DNA from: Chloroflexota bacterium
Lineage (GTDB): Bacteria > Chloroflexota > UBA11872 > VXNJ01
Assembly (NCBI GenBank): GCA_965261345.1
Contig: OZ253449.1
Location: forward strand, 192,001-256,000
Direction of reading: 5' to 3'
DNA length: 64,000 nt
Of the stretch, positions 20,671 to 31,515 are shown in pieces. Made by a program: the position numbers and the translations under genes. Numbering within the stretch: the first letter of the stretch is position 1; each line of letters starts with the position of its first letter. The notes under the pieces are model-generated. The model was not told the origin of the DNA. It was given only the letters and a program-made list of their open reading frames with translations, and searched no databases.

Positions 20671-22410
20671 CTACGTTTCCGTGGGATTCTCAGCGCCGGA
20701 GTCGCGGCCGCCAGATCGGATATCAGACATCAATTGAGTAATTTGTCTTTGCTGGCGTCGGCGCCATAGCTCAATGAGGCGGGGGGGGGTAAAGAAAGCG
20801 ATCACCGCAAGCGGGATCCAGTAAACGGATAGCGCCACCACCCAAATCAACACGGTCCCCAAAGCTTGTCCGATTCCGGCGACTGCCTGAGTTGCCGTCC
20901 GGATGGTCGCGCCGGGATCCCAGCCGGTTGCGAAAAAGCCGCGATATTCATTCACGACCACTTGGGTCGACGCAATTGCCGAAATCTCACCGGCATCGCT
21001 GTCGGCCGTGATCGTAAGGACCGCCACAAATGGTTCGGCTCGGTGGTTTTCGTAGGTATGGGTTCGCCGTACTTCCGTTTCGCTCTCGATGAGCGGCAAG
21101 ATGGCATCGGGTGAGTCGTCACCGAAACTCCATCGGGCGCGGAAGTTCGAGAGGCCGGCCGGCCGGGTGAAAGATCCAACCAATTCGATTGGGCGCCCAG
21201 CGTCAACTTGCAGTCTCTCGTCGCCGGCGAAAACGGTAATTGCAGGAACTCGGGCAACGGTCGCGATCAGGGTATCCGATCCTTCAAATATTCCTGCGGG
21301 ACCGGTGGCAGAAATTTGAAATTCGATGATGTACGGAGACTCGGTGACATGGTGGTAGGAGTGGATGACGGTCGAAGTTATGCGCTCGCCCGGAACAGTA
21401 GTGGGTGCGGTTCGATAGCCAGTCACCACAGGCGAGCCGTCGCCGAAATCCCAGTGGTATCCGAAGGCTTCTATATCTTCCGGTGGGACAAAGGTTGCCC
21501 GAAAAGTAGACCGCCGGCCAATGCTCAACGTCTGATCGACGCCGACGTCCACCGGCATTGATTGCGGTGCCAGATTGACTCGGATATTGATCAATGAATA
21601 CGCCGATGCTTGTTCCAAGTATTTGTTGCGCCCCAAGATCGTTTCAATCTACGATTGGATCTGGACCAATTCGCGCTGCACAGTTAGCGCGTCCTGCACG
21701 CTTTCAGCGCGATCCATGATTACCAGGACGATCGCTTCAGCTGCCCGCAGGCTCGTTAATCGCGATTGGTTGTCGACGTACTCATCAGTCAAATCGGTAC
21801 TAGATGATGCTTCCGCGGTAACTTCAACCGCCGTCTGCCGCAAAAAAGAAAGGGCGTCGTCTAGGAGTTCAGCTGGTACCCGGATGGACACAAAGCCGGT
21901 GTGGGTCGACTCCCTATCGGATGAAACCACCCATCCGCCCAACTCTCTGGCAACCGTGCTGATTCGGTCGATTGCCCCGGCGACGTTGCTGGCAATGAGC
22001 GAAATATTAACGGTTCGAATGATGATTCGGCCGCGGTCGGCCGAGGAGGATTGTGCCGCCGGCAAGGGCGGCAGGGTTACGTCGCTGGCAGTAGACGCTG
22101 CAGAGGAACTGGACCGGGCAACTGCGGCGCTGGCGCTCGATGGCGCTGGCACGGACGGTGGCGCGGAGGCTGAGGCGGCCAACGCCACCGGAACAGGCCG
22201 GGACTCATCAAAGGATGGGGCGCCGCCGGACATCGCTTCAGTGCTGAAAGAAAAGTCGCTCTCGACCATCTCGACCATTGCGCTTGCGGGGGCAGCGGCC
22301 TCGAAAGCAACTGATTCCTCCTCGCCACCGCATCCGGCCAGGGCCAACGCCACCACGAAGAGGGCCGCAGCTATTACTACTGGCCTAAGCTGCCGTGCGA
22401 CACCCAGCAT
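20671..22410 (-). pseudogene. DUF4349-like lipoprotein with PKD domains, split by one in-frame TAG
   Basis: Lipobox LAGC; RIIIRT...GG.V...IRVP...DLTDEYVD; same frame through TAG at 21649-21651 (IQS*IETILGR); two WxFGD PKD motifs; C-terminal TM helix. Confidence 0.8.
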
Positions 22411-22677
22411 CTTCACCACCGCAATTAGTTTGAGCACATAAGGGCCTTCTCGTGGCCCAATCTTGTTCCAACAGGGAAGGCGCCACCGAGAGGTGGGTCC
22501 CTACAAAATTGCCCTTCTCAGGCCTCTGGACAGGGAAATCTCCGCCGGCAAGGTGCTCGCGCCGCGACGCAAACTCGTTGCCAAATGAAGCTTGTCGTTC
22601 CTCGGTGGGGCCCAGATACTCGAGGAGACCGCATGGTCATTCCATGTCCTTGTTCGCACTCATTTGGAACAATGATC

Positions 22678-22734
22678 ATGTCTTGTATCCAGATTCCGCC
22701 GCATCCGGATGCGGCATCCAAGATAACAAGACAT
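22678..22734. repeat. Imperfect long hairpin with an 18-bp palindromic core
   Basis: atgtcttgt...acaagacat outer arms; gccgcatccggatgcggc at 22698-22715; lies between the protease stop and the lipoprotein start. Confidence 0.55.
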
Positions 22735-22819
22735 AACACGGATTATGTTCAATGGATGCCAAATTGCGGCTTGTTGACGCCTTCTGAATTCGATTGCGAT
22801 CGGACTCAACTTGCCTCGA

Positions 22820-25276
22820 TCAAGGTGCCCAGACGTTAAAAATATGAAATTCGCGCGGTTCTTGCTGCCCGCCGAGTAAACCGGCAAAAATCGACACTTG
22901 CCCTCGATCAAAGTTGTGGCTCAGATCGAGTGGGCCGACAGGCTGCCCATCAACGAATAGCCAACCGAGTGCGCCGAATGCAATCAACCTGATCCGCCGG
23001 TTGGTTTCCCACCATTCCGGCGCCGGCAATTCACCGTCGGCAACCAGCGTGAAATCTTCGTCATCGGGTTCGCGTGTGTAGTGGTACCAGCGATCGTTGC
23101 CCGAAATGCCAACTATCTCCGTTCGGTTAAATTCCGAATTGCGCACCGCGAAACCAGCACTCCACCCCCTGCCACTGGGGAAAGGGAATGCCACTTCCGC
23201 AACTACATCACGCGTATCTACGCCGCTAAGGTGCCACAGGGTATTTGTTTGTGACCCTTCTAGCAATGCGCCGCCGTCTGACAGATAGCGGTCTTCAAGC
23301 GCCTGCCCTGCGAAGTTCTCAACGGTGGTCTTAGCGCCAGCTACTTCATTCCCTGCAAAGAAACCCGTCATCACTGCGACTTCGCCGGAATGCTCTGCCG
23401 CAGAAAGGTCCAGCTCAGCTACGAACGCGCCATTGCAGAAGAGCCATCCGGTCCGGCCGATCGCGGCCAGCTGAATGCGGTTTCTGCCGCCGGCTTCAAG
23501 ATTGAATCTCTCCACCGTCCCATCTTGAACCAAGTCCCGACTGCTGCCTACTCCGGCGAAAACGTACCACTCGGAATTTGTCACGAACACAATAAATATT
23601 GGTGGCGCGGCTTCCCCGCCGCGTCGCAAGATGAATCCATAGTCGATCGGTTGGTCAACTACAGCTTTCGGGTTGACAAATGTGGCGTCCAGCCACATGT
23701 TTTCCGCATTGAATCGCGCGAAGCCGGTTTCGATTCTTCCGTCTTCGGGGTCGTGGGGTATCTCGACCGTGATCGGGCCAAAATTACTTGCGGCCGCATC
23801 GGGCATCTGATCAGGTGGCGGATTTGTGTTCGGGGCTGGACGGGCCAGTGCCCCTGACAACAGATCCGGCAATTGGCTCGCGATCTGATCATAGCGAATG
23901 GCGAATCCGATTCCTTGCGCTACATCCCCGCGGAAACCCGCGGTATTCATGCCCACGACCTGGCCGCGCAGATTCAATAACGGGCCGCCGCTGTTTCCCG
24001 GATTGATTGCGGCATCGGTCTGAAGAAATAAGACCGGTCCGAATGTTCGGTTCTCTGATGAGACAATTCCGGTCGTAACCGTCATACCGCCCTGGAGTCC
24101 GAGCGGGAATCCCAGCGCCACCACGGATTCCCCGGAGTTGATATCGGTGGCAAGCATCAGGTGAGGGGTTGACGCGGGCACGTCGATCTTCAGCAAGGCC
24201 AAATCGTGCGTTGAATCGAATCCGACAACCGTTGCCGCGTACTGTTGGCCGCCTTCATATTCGACCGTTAATTCGCTCATGCCCTCCACCACGTGCGCGT
24301 TGGTTAAGACATGCCCATCCGAATCAATCAGAAATCCGGAGCCAGACCCTAGCGCGCCAGTTATTCGGACGACTGAAGTCCGGGCGTCGGCGACAACCTC
24401 GGTGACCGTGCGCAGCGGCGGCGGCAGAAGGTCGCCTATCAGCGCGTATTGATCGGGAAGTTCGGGGGCCAAGCCGCCCGCCGGAAACATTCCCAACTGC
24501 TTGGCTACGTCACCGCCGTTGGCCACGGTCACCTGGCCGGCGTTCGCCCAGGGGAAATCCTGGGTCCATAGTTGAAGCACTGCCCGTTGCAACCGCACCG
24601 TTCGCAATCCCGGGAATGCATTCACCACGGAAGTCGGGAGTCCGAAGAACCGCAGCGGGTCGGACACCGAGCGATACGCCTCAAGCAATGCCGGTTCGGC
24701 TTCCAGTAGACGCGTTCGGCCGGCAACTACCTGGCTGAACGAGAATCCGGCTTCTTCGAATTCCTCCTCGGCCGGGATCAACAGCCCTTCAAGTGATTCG
24801 TCAAAGCCGAGCCGGTGCAAATCATCCAATACGTTTACGAAAGCGACGGAATCGGATTCCGGCCGCCACTGGAACACGACCTTCTGCATGGCCTGGGTCG
24901 TAAAACCATCCCAGATGAAGCGCCGCGAGACCGGATACCCCACTGCCTCCACTCCGCCAAAGGCTTGAAATGCCTCCCAGAATCGGGCTTCCTGATCGTC
25001 GGTGACCGCATATCCGTCAAGCGGATCGGGACTGTCGCCGCCTGTTTGGGTGAAGAACCACCCATTGGCAATAGGAAAGTCCGGGCTCTCTGCTAACGCG
25101 TCGATCGGGGTCAGGAAAGAAGCGAACAGCAAGGCGAATATGGCCGCCCAAATCGTCGCCTTTCCGCGTCCGAATTTGCGAAGACAGGCTATTTGGGATG
25201 TGTTCATTACCCGTAAATTAAGCGAAACATTCCCCCTGGGGACAGATTCGTCGCGACCCGTTGTTAGTGACATCAC
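22820..25276 (-). CDS. Secreted trypsin-like (S1C-type) serine protease with accessory domains
   Basis: Triad motifs TNAHVV, HDLALLK, GNSGG; signal peptide; N-terminal GYPVSRRF/FGLP repeats; two beta-rich C-terminal repeats; start may be ATG 25207. Confidence 0.88.
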   Translation of the reverse strand: MMSLTTGRDESVPRGNVSLNLRVMNTSQIACLRKFGRGKATIWAAIFALLFASFLTPIDALAESPDFPIANGWFFTQTGGDSPDPLDGYAVTDDQEARFWEAFQAFGGVEAVGYPVSRRFIWDGFTTQAMQKVVFQWRPESDSVAFVNVLDDLHRLGFDESLEGLLIPAEEEFEEAGFSFSQVVAGRTRLLEAEPALLEAYRSVSDPLRFFGLPTSVVNAFPGLRTVRLQRAVLQLWTQDFPWANAGQVTVANGGDVAKQLGMFPAGGLAPELPDQYALIGDLLPPPLRTVTEVVADARTSVVRITGALGSGSGFLIDSDGHVLTNAHVVEGMSELTVEYEGGQQYAATVVGFDSTHDLALLKIDVPASTPHLMLATDINSGESVVALGFPLGLQGGMTVTTGIVSSENRTFGPVLFLQTDAAINPGNSGGPLLNLRGQVVGMNTAGFRGDVAQGIGFAIRYDQIASQLPDLLSGALARPAPNTNPPPDQMPDAAASNFGPITVEIPHDPEDGRIETGFARFNAENMWLDATFVNPKAVVDQPIDYGFILRRGGEAAPPIFIVFVTNSEWYVFAGVGSSRDLVQDGTVERFNLEAGGRNRIQLAAIGRTGWLFCNGAFVAELDLSAAEHSGEVAVMTGFFAGNEVAGAKTTVENFAGQALEDRYLSDGGALLEGSQTNTLWHLSGVDTRDVVAEVAFPFPSGRGWSAGFAVRNSEFNRTEIVGISGNDRWYHYTREPDDEDFTLVADGELPAPEWWETNRRIRLIAFGALGWLFVDGQPVGPLDLSHNFDRGQVSIFAGLLGGQQEPREFHIFNVWAP

Positions 25277-26162
25277 CTCTAGCTAATTGCCCGTCAATTT
25301 ACCCTTCCTGGATGGGCTTCAAGGCCTCCGTTAGACAATGCCGAATTGAACACTTGAGATTGCGGCAGCAAATCACGCGTAGGCAGCCAATCTGCAGATG
25401 AAACCACGTTGCGGCCATACTGCTGGCAACCGATTGATTCTTTGTGAATTGGCGCGAGCGCGGTGCGAACGCCATCTCCGCAATGCCAGCGTTCGACGAT
25501 GCCGCGGCGCGATCCATTCCTGCGTATTGCGACCGAATCGCATCGAGTTTCACCCCTAAATTTAATTGGACGGATATTGGTGGCGCCAACCATGGCACCC
25601 TCGGCCAGTTCAACCTGCCACCCGGGGCCGATCGAGGGCCGCATCCGAGAGACGGAACAATCATTGACAGCAGGGAGGGGTGAAATGGCCGACAAGCGAA
25701 GGATTTTGATGTGCGCCCGAGTGAGCACTTTAAATGTTCTGACATAACGCTCAATCGGCATTCGTCCGATACGAAACTAATATAAGTTGCCATTTTCGGG
25801 AACAGGCCACTTGGTTTGTGGCGAGAAATAGGCGCATCGAAATTGGTTCGAGCTCAGTTAATGTGAACCTAATTACAATTATGTCCACCTACCCTGACGA
25901 GCGAAGAATTATCTCGGTTCGAGGCGAAAGCGGCGGCACGGCTTCATGCCGCTAACCGGGATCGGGCGGGTGCGCCAACGGCGGCCGCTGCGCTTGGGCT
26001 CTCCCAACCAACGTCATATGGGTCGCGGTACTCGACTGAGCACGACCGCTGGCAGCCCAGGAGCCAGATACCGCAGCGACAATTTAGACTGTCTGCCCAT
26101 GATGCACGAACCTCCGACACCTAGCCCGGCACCCGGTTGCGAGTACTTCGATTTCGCCCAAT

Positions 26163-27761
26163 ACGAGTAGATTCACGCATGTAATCGTCGGTGCCGGCGC
26201 CGGCGGTTGCGTGGTCGCAAATCGCTTGAGCGAAGATCCGGCCAACAACGTGCTGCTGCTCGAGGCGGGCGGGCGCGATCGGAATCCTTTGATTCAGATC
26301 CCTGCCGGAATTACGCGGCTCGCAACTCCCGACTTGGATTGGACCTTTACAACCGCACCGCAGGTCCAGATGAACAACCGCGAAATGTGGTATCCGCAGG
26401 GCCGAACGCTGGGCGGATCGACCTCGATCAATGCCATGATCTACGTCCGTGGTCACCGGAGCGACTATGACGGTTGGCGAGCCCTTGGCAATCAGGGGTG
26501 GGGCTATGACGATGTCCTGCCATGGTTTCGCCGATCCGAGAAACATGCGCGCCTCAACAACGAGTTTCATGGAGTCGACGGCGACCTGAGCGTTTCCCGC
26601 CAAGCCCAGTACAACCCCTTAACGCGGGCGTTCGTGCTGGCCGGCCAGGAATTGGGCCTGGAATTTAACGACGATGTGAACGGGGCCCGGCAGGATGGGA
26701 TCACGTTCTACGACTTGACCCAGCGCGACGCCCGGCGCGAAAGTGCCGCCACCGCATTCCTGCACCCGGTCGGCGATCGCGACAACTTGACCGTCCGCAC
26801 GCGGGCGCATGCGACCCGGATTCTGATTGAGGGCGGCGCCGCAATCGGAATCGAATACCGCTGCAGGGGCCAACTCGAGACTGCTTTAGCCGACGATGAG
26901 GTGGTCCTCAGCGGCGGTACGATCAATTCCCCGCGCTTGTTGCTGCTGTCAGGGATCGGGCCGGCCGACGAGCTGGGCGGCCTCGGCATCGAGGCAGTGC
27001 ACGATCTTCCCGGGGTTGGCAAGAACTTCCAGGACCACATGGACGTTTTCGTCGTCGCCGAAACCGAACCAGTTTCATACAGCGGGATCAACCGCTTGGG
27101 TAACCGGCTCCGGCACATGCTGCAGTACAAGCTTTATCGATCCGGCCCGATGGCGGCCGCTGTGGCCGAGGCGGGCGCCTTCATCCGCTCCAGCGATGCG
27201 GTCGAAGCGCCCGACATCCAGGTTCACTGCCTGCCGTCCCTGGTTGTGATAAAAGATGGCCCAATTCCGACCAAGGGCCACGGTGTTTCCCTTTTTTCCT
27301 GCAATCTGCGCCCGAAAAGCATCGGGTCGATAACGCTGCGTTCATCCAATCCTGAAGAACCACCCCTGATCGATCCCAATTACTGCGGCGATTCGGAAGG
27401 CTACGACTGGAAGATCTCAATCGAGGGACTCAGATGGGCCCGCCGGTTGTTGCAGACCCGGGCTTTTGCGCCGCTAGTCCGTTCAGAGCAGTTACCGGGT
27501 CCGGACGTTCAGAGCGAAGAGGGGATCCGTGCCTACATCCGAGAGTGGTGCAAAACCGATCATCACCCGGTGGGCTCGTGCGCGATGGGGGAGGGGGATA
27601 TGGCGGTGGTGGATAACCATCTGCGGGTGCATGGTTTGGACCGGCTGCGGGTTATCGATGCTTCGGTCATGCCGCGCTTGATCAGCGGTAACACCCAGGC
27701 AACGACGATGATGATCGGCGAACGTGGGGCGGCGATGATACGAAGCGGCCAACTGGCCTGA
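26163..27761 (+). CDS. GMC-family oxidoreductase (choline dehydrogenase-like)
   Basis: In-frame VIVGAGAGG FAD motif at 26181-26207 lies upstream of the called GTG; GRTLGGSTSINAM, HHPVG, GNT motifs; no canonical start codon upstream (ACG at 26163). Confidence 0.88.
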   Translation, partial: TSRFTHVIVGAGAGGCVVANRLSEDPANNVLLLEAGGRDRNPLIQIPAGITRLATPDLDWTFTTAPQVQMNNREMWYPQGRTLGGSTSINAMIYVRGHRSDYDGWRALGNQGWGYDDVLPWFRRSEKHARLNNEFHGVDGDLSVSRQAQYNPLTRAFVLAGQELGLEFNDDVNGARQDGITFYDLTQRDARRESAATAFLHPVGDRDNLTVRTRAHATRILIEGGAAIGIEYRCRGQLETALADDEVVLSGGTINSPRLLLLSGIGPADELGGLGIEAVHDLPGVGKNFQDHMDVFVVAETEPVSYSGINRLGNRLRHMLQYKLYRSGPMAAAVAEAGAFIRSSDAVEAPDIQVHCLPSLVVIKDGPIPTKGHGVSLFSCNLRPKSIGSITLRSSNPEEPPLIDPNYCGDSEGYDWKISIEGLRWARRLLQTRAFAPLVRSEQLPGPDVQSEEGIRAYIREWCKTDHHPVGSCAMGEGDMAVVDNHLRVHGLDRLRVIDASVMPRLISGNTQATTMMIGERGAAMIRSGQLA

Positions 27762-28329
27762 TTGCGATCGAGGGCTAACGCGCGCGTCCACGCCATCGAC
27801 CCGTTCAGGTCGGGGGGCGTCGGCCGAAGGGATGTTGCCGGTGCGCTCTCTCAGCTCGATGTCACTGATCTGGGTCCGAAAGGTGTGGCCGGCGGGGTTG
27901 ATCTCTACCGCGGCGAGTGTCTTGGGCGGAACGTCCTCTACAACATAGGAATCGCCGGTGCCGGCCAGGGATTCCGATACCCCGATGCCACAGCGGGCCA
28001 ATTTGCCGCCCGGATACGCCCCTCAACCAGCATCGCCACACCCCGCAATTAGCAACGACGAAGTTTCCAGCAGCGCCAATTCGGCCTGCTTTTTCCAGCC
28101 TGAGATCATCGGTCAGGAGATTGAGGGTCGATTTGTTTTGGTCACGCCGCGCTAATTTTCCAACTACAACGCCAAGTGCCCGTTGCCCCTATGCCAGTTC
28201 GCCGCGTCCGCGCCATTGCGCAGTTGGCACTGGTCCGGACGGATCGGCGAAAACTGGCATTGGACCAGTGAAAATTCTTGCGGTCCTGTGCCCTTCGCGA
28301 CGACGATCCGAAAAATCTAGCTGCGATGG

Positions 28330-29245
28330 TTAGGAATCGGCATCGCAACCGCTCGATTCCGGATAGAACTGATCGCAGTAGGCGCGAAAGGCCCTAACCT
28401 CGCCATCGGATCGGCAAAGGCGCGGCTGGGAGAGGTATTGCTCGCGGCCCCAGATCTCCACATCCTGTAGGACATCGTGCTCCTGCGGGGACGCCATGAA
28501 CTTGTCCGTGATGGGGGCGCGCAACCCGACCGGCAGAAACCCGAGGCCCAGAATCCATCGCTTCGGGCTGGCGGATCGCGCGCACCTGCGAGGCCAGCAA
28601 CATATCGATTTTTTTACCGTCGACCGGGGTCGCCAGTATCCAAAGTCGCATATCCATGCCGATCGAGCGTTCATGGATCTCCACGTACGAGTAGCCCAAA
28701 CCATAAATGTGAGTGTTGGCCGATGGTGCAAAGGTAAGGCTGGCGATGCCGGCGATGTTGCGGGTGCGCGTGAAGTCGAATCGGCTTCTCAGATAGATGC
28801 CGTCAACCAACAATGGATCGACGCGGTCCACGTTGCCATACCCGTGGACGTAGCGCAGGTGGGCCAGATCGACCGAATTTTCGGTTGTTTCCTGAGGGTG
28901 GCCGGGCAAACGGCTGGTCCGAATCGCGAGATCGCACCAGCCGGCCTGGTCGGGCTCATCGGCCGGTAGGTGCCACACCGGCGCCCGTCCATTAATCCCC
29001 CACCAGGCAAAGATCATGCCGCAGATCTCCTTGGTCTCAAAGACCGGCAATCGAGCCGACCTGGGCGGGGCGACAAATGGCGTCTTAACGCACTTGCCGG
29101 TCGCGTCGAATTCGAAGCCATGGAATGGACAGACCAGCCGTCCGCCGCATACCCCCGCCGGCGGTCGGTTCCAAGTCGGAACCCAAGTGCGGACAGACGG
29201 CCTCCGCAACGCAAACCCGCGCATCATCATCTGCCTGATCACCAC
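28330..29245 (-). pseudogene. Rieske non-heme oxygenase, KshA/Neverland-like; frameshifted, 5'-truncated
   Basis: CPHLG and CPFHG Rieske motifs in different frames; ENSVDLAHLRYVH iron motif; C-terminal QDVEIW...DG...FR...QFY; frameshifts near 29175 and 28560. Confidence 0.85.
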
Positions 29246-30024
29246 CTGTGATCTCTTGCGCTTCGTTTTTCAGCTGGAAGCTGGAAGAAGGGCAGGAGGA
29301 GCGGATCGAGCTCATCTGCAAGATGGATTTGATCGGCCGCTCCATCGCCGAGGCGGTCACACAAAACATGTCCGGCGCGCTGCTGCGCCGCCCCGCGCTG
29401 GCCAAGAAGATTCCGACTGTGCCGCTGCGCCAGCTGGTATTTAATCGCCACCTCCGAAGCGGCAATTTGCCAGCGCTATTTGCAGACCTGGCAGCAAAGC
29501 ATGGCCCAGTTTTCCAGATCGACCGCCGTGCTCGAAACCTATGATCTTTCTCGCTGGCGCCCGCGCCATTCGTTGGACAAATCGGCACGGGCGCATGTAC
29601 CTGCGTGCCCAGGATTACCTCGCCGACTTCGAGAAGGTATACGGCGCGCATGGAATCCTACCCGCCCTGGACGGCGCCGATCATTTTCGGTTTCGCAAGG
29701 CGATGGCGCCGGCACACTCGCTTCAGCGATTGGAAGGGCAGATAGACGAGCTCTACCGCCATGCCCACGAGCACATGGCAAATTGGCAGGTTGGCGAGAT
29801 GTGGGCGGACACGAAAGATCGCCCATTGGCGGCCACGGAATTGCCCGCCCTAACGATCCTGCGGCCACGTAAAACTGCCCAAAAGCGACCACGAAGGAAC
29901 CGTTAATCGACCTGATTTCTCGCTGATCTAGTAACCCGCCGGAAACCCTGACGGGCCCCCGGCGGAGGCTGCCCCGGTTTGACTTAGCTGGTTTCTCAAC
30001 TCCAGCGGCAACCGGAATCGCCAT

Positions 30025-31515
30025 ATGAAATCTTCGGAGGAAGTAATGCGGATTCTCAAGGTCTACGATCGCACCCTTTCACTTAGGGCCACGGCCCAAG
30101 AATGCGGCTGCTCGCACCACACCGTGGCCAGCTACGTGCAAAAGCGCGCGCTGGGCCAATTGGGAGAACCGGTGCGCCGGCCCCGGTTATCGCTCATCGA
30201 CCCCCACCGCCCCCTTATCGACGACCTGGTGCAACAATCGCGCGGCCGGATAAGGGCCGACAAGTGCCACCAACGACTCATGAAGCTGGGTTACACGGGC
30301 TCTGAACGCACCACCCGCCGGGCGGTGGCAAAAGCCAAGCAGGCCTACAAAAAGCAAAACCGCCGGGTATTTCGGCCCTGGATAACCGAACCGGGCAAGT
30401 GGGCGCAGTGGGACTGGGCCAAGGGGCCGCCGGTAAACAGGGAGGCGAGCAACCTCTTCTGCGTCTGGCTGTCCTGGTCAAGGTACCGGGTGGTACTGCC
30501 GACCCGGGACCGCCGACTGGAGACCCTGATCGGCTGCCTCGCCGAGGCCCAGTCCTGGTTCGGCGGCGTGCCCTCCAACTGGCTCACCGACAACGAGAAG
30601 ACCGTCTCCAAAGAATTCGTGGCCAGCATCGCCGTCAGACACCCGCTGATGGTCAAGTTCGGGCGCTTCCACGGCTGCGCGATCGCCACCTGCCAGATAG
30701 CGGATCCGGCCACGAAGGGCGGTTCCGAGGCGACCGTGAAAATCGCCAAGGCCGATCTTGTCCCCACCGATCACAACCTGTTGCCGGAGTACTCGTCCTG
30801 GAACGAGCTGGCCGACGCCTGCGATGAATTCATGCGGCGCGTTAACACCCGTGAGCACTCGATCACCAAACGCCCCCCGATGGAAATGCTCGCAATCGAA
30901 CGTGATTCCCTGCACCCTCTGCCCAACCGCGTCTTCAGCGTCGCCCTGGGCAAGACCCGCACCGTCTCCGACACCTCCCTGGTGGCCTGGCGATCGGCCT
31001 GGTACTCGGTGCCGCACATCTATAGCGAGGAGATCGTCTGGGTGCGCGAACGCGGCGCTATGGTGATCGTGAGCGCCGAGACCGATCACGGCGTCATCGA
31101 GGTGGCCCGACACCGGAAGGTCGGCCGCGGGCAGCGGGTAGTTGTCGATAGCCATTATCCGAAGACTCCGTCGGGACCGCTGGCACGCCGGCCAAGGCCG
31201 CGCAACCAGGTAGAGAAGGAGTTCCTGGCCATCGGCCCCGGCGCGGCGGTATGGCTCAGGGCCGCCTGCGCGGCCGGTGCCGCCCGGCTGAAGGAGAAGC
31301 TCGAGGAGATAGTCGAACTCTCGCGCCTTGACGGCTGTGAGGCAATCGATGCCGCCCTGGGGGTGGCGTCGGAGGTGGGGCGCTTCGGCTTCGGCGACAT
31401 CGCCTCCATCGCCGCCGCCTCGAGCGGACCGCTGTACCAGGCGTCCGAGGACTCGTTCCTGCAGGACGGCACCGGCCGCTGGCAGGACTTCGGCGCAACC
31501 GGAGGCGACCGATGA
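30025..31515 (+). CDS. istA: IS21 transposase
   Basis: AQWDW, TDNEK, KG.SE DDE motifs; N-terminal HTH; ATGA overlap with istB. Confidence 0.95.
   Translation: MKSSEEVMRILKVYDRTLSLRATAQECGCSHHTVASYVQKRALGQLGEPVRRPRLSLIDPHRPLIDDLVQQSRGRIRADKCHQRLMKLGYTGSERTTRRAVAKAKQAYKKQNRRVFRPWITEPGKWAQWDWAKGPPVNREASNLFCVWLSWSRYRVVLPTRDRRLETLIGCLAEAQSWFGGVPSNWLTDNEKTVSKEFVASIAVRHPLMVKFGRFHGCAIATCQIADPATKGGSEATVKIAKADLVPTDHNLLPEYSSWNELADACDEFMRRVNTREHSITKRPPMEMLAIERDSLHPLPNRVFSVALGKTRTVSDTSLVAWRSAWYSVPHIYSEEIVWVRERGAMVIVSAETDHGVIEVARHRKVGRGQRVVVDSHYPKTPSGPLARRPRPRNQVEKEFLAIGPGAAVWLRAACAAGAARLKEKLEEIVELSRLDGCEAIDAALGVASEVGRFGFGDIASIAAASSGPLYQASEDSFLQDGTGRWQDFGATGGDR

Noticed and set aside
21649-21651. Pyrrolysine or amber recoding
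   Set aside because: Single instance; TAG is used as a normal stop in many genes here
22470-22560. Glycine or cobalamin riboswitch (ctcagg, gggaaggc)
   Set aside because: Other conserved core elements are missing and the orientation is opposite to the flanking genes
27790-28000. Possible acetyltransferase C-terminal remnant (SYVVEDVPP)
   Set aside because: Too short to support
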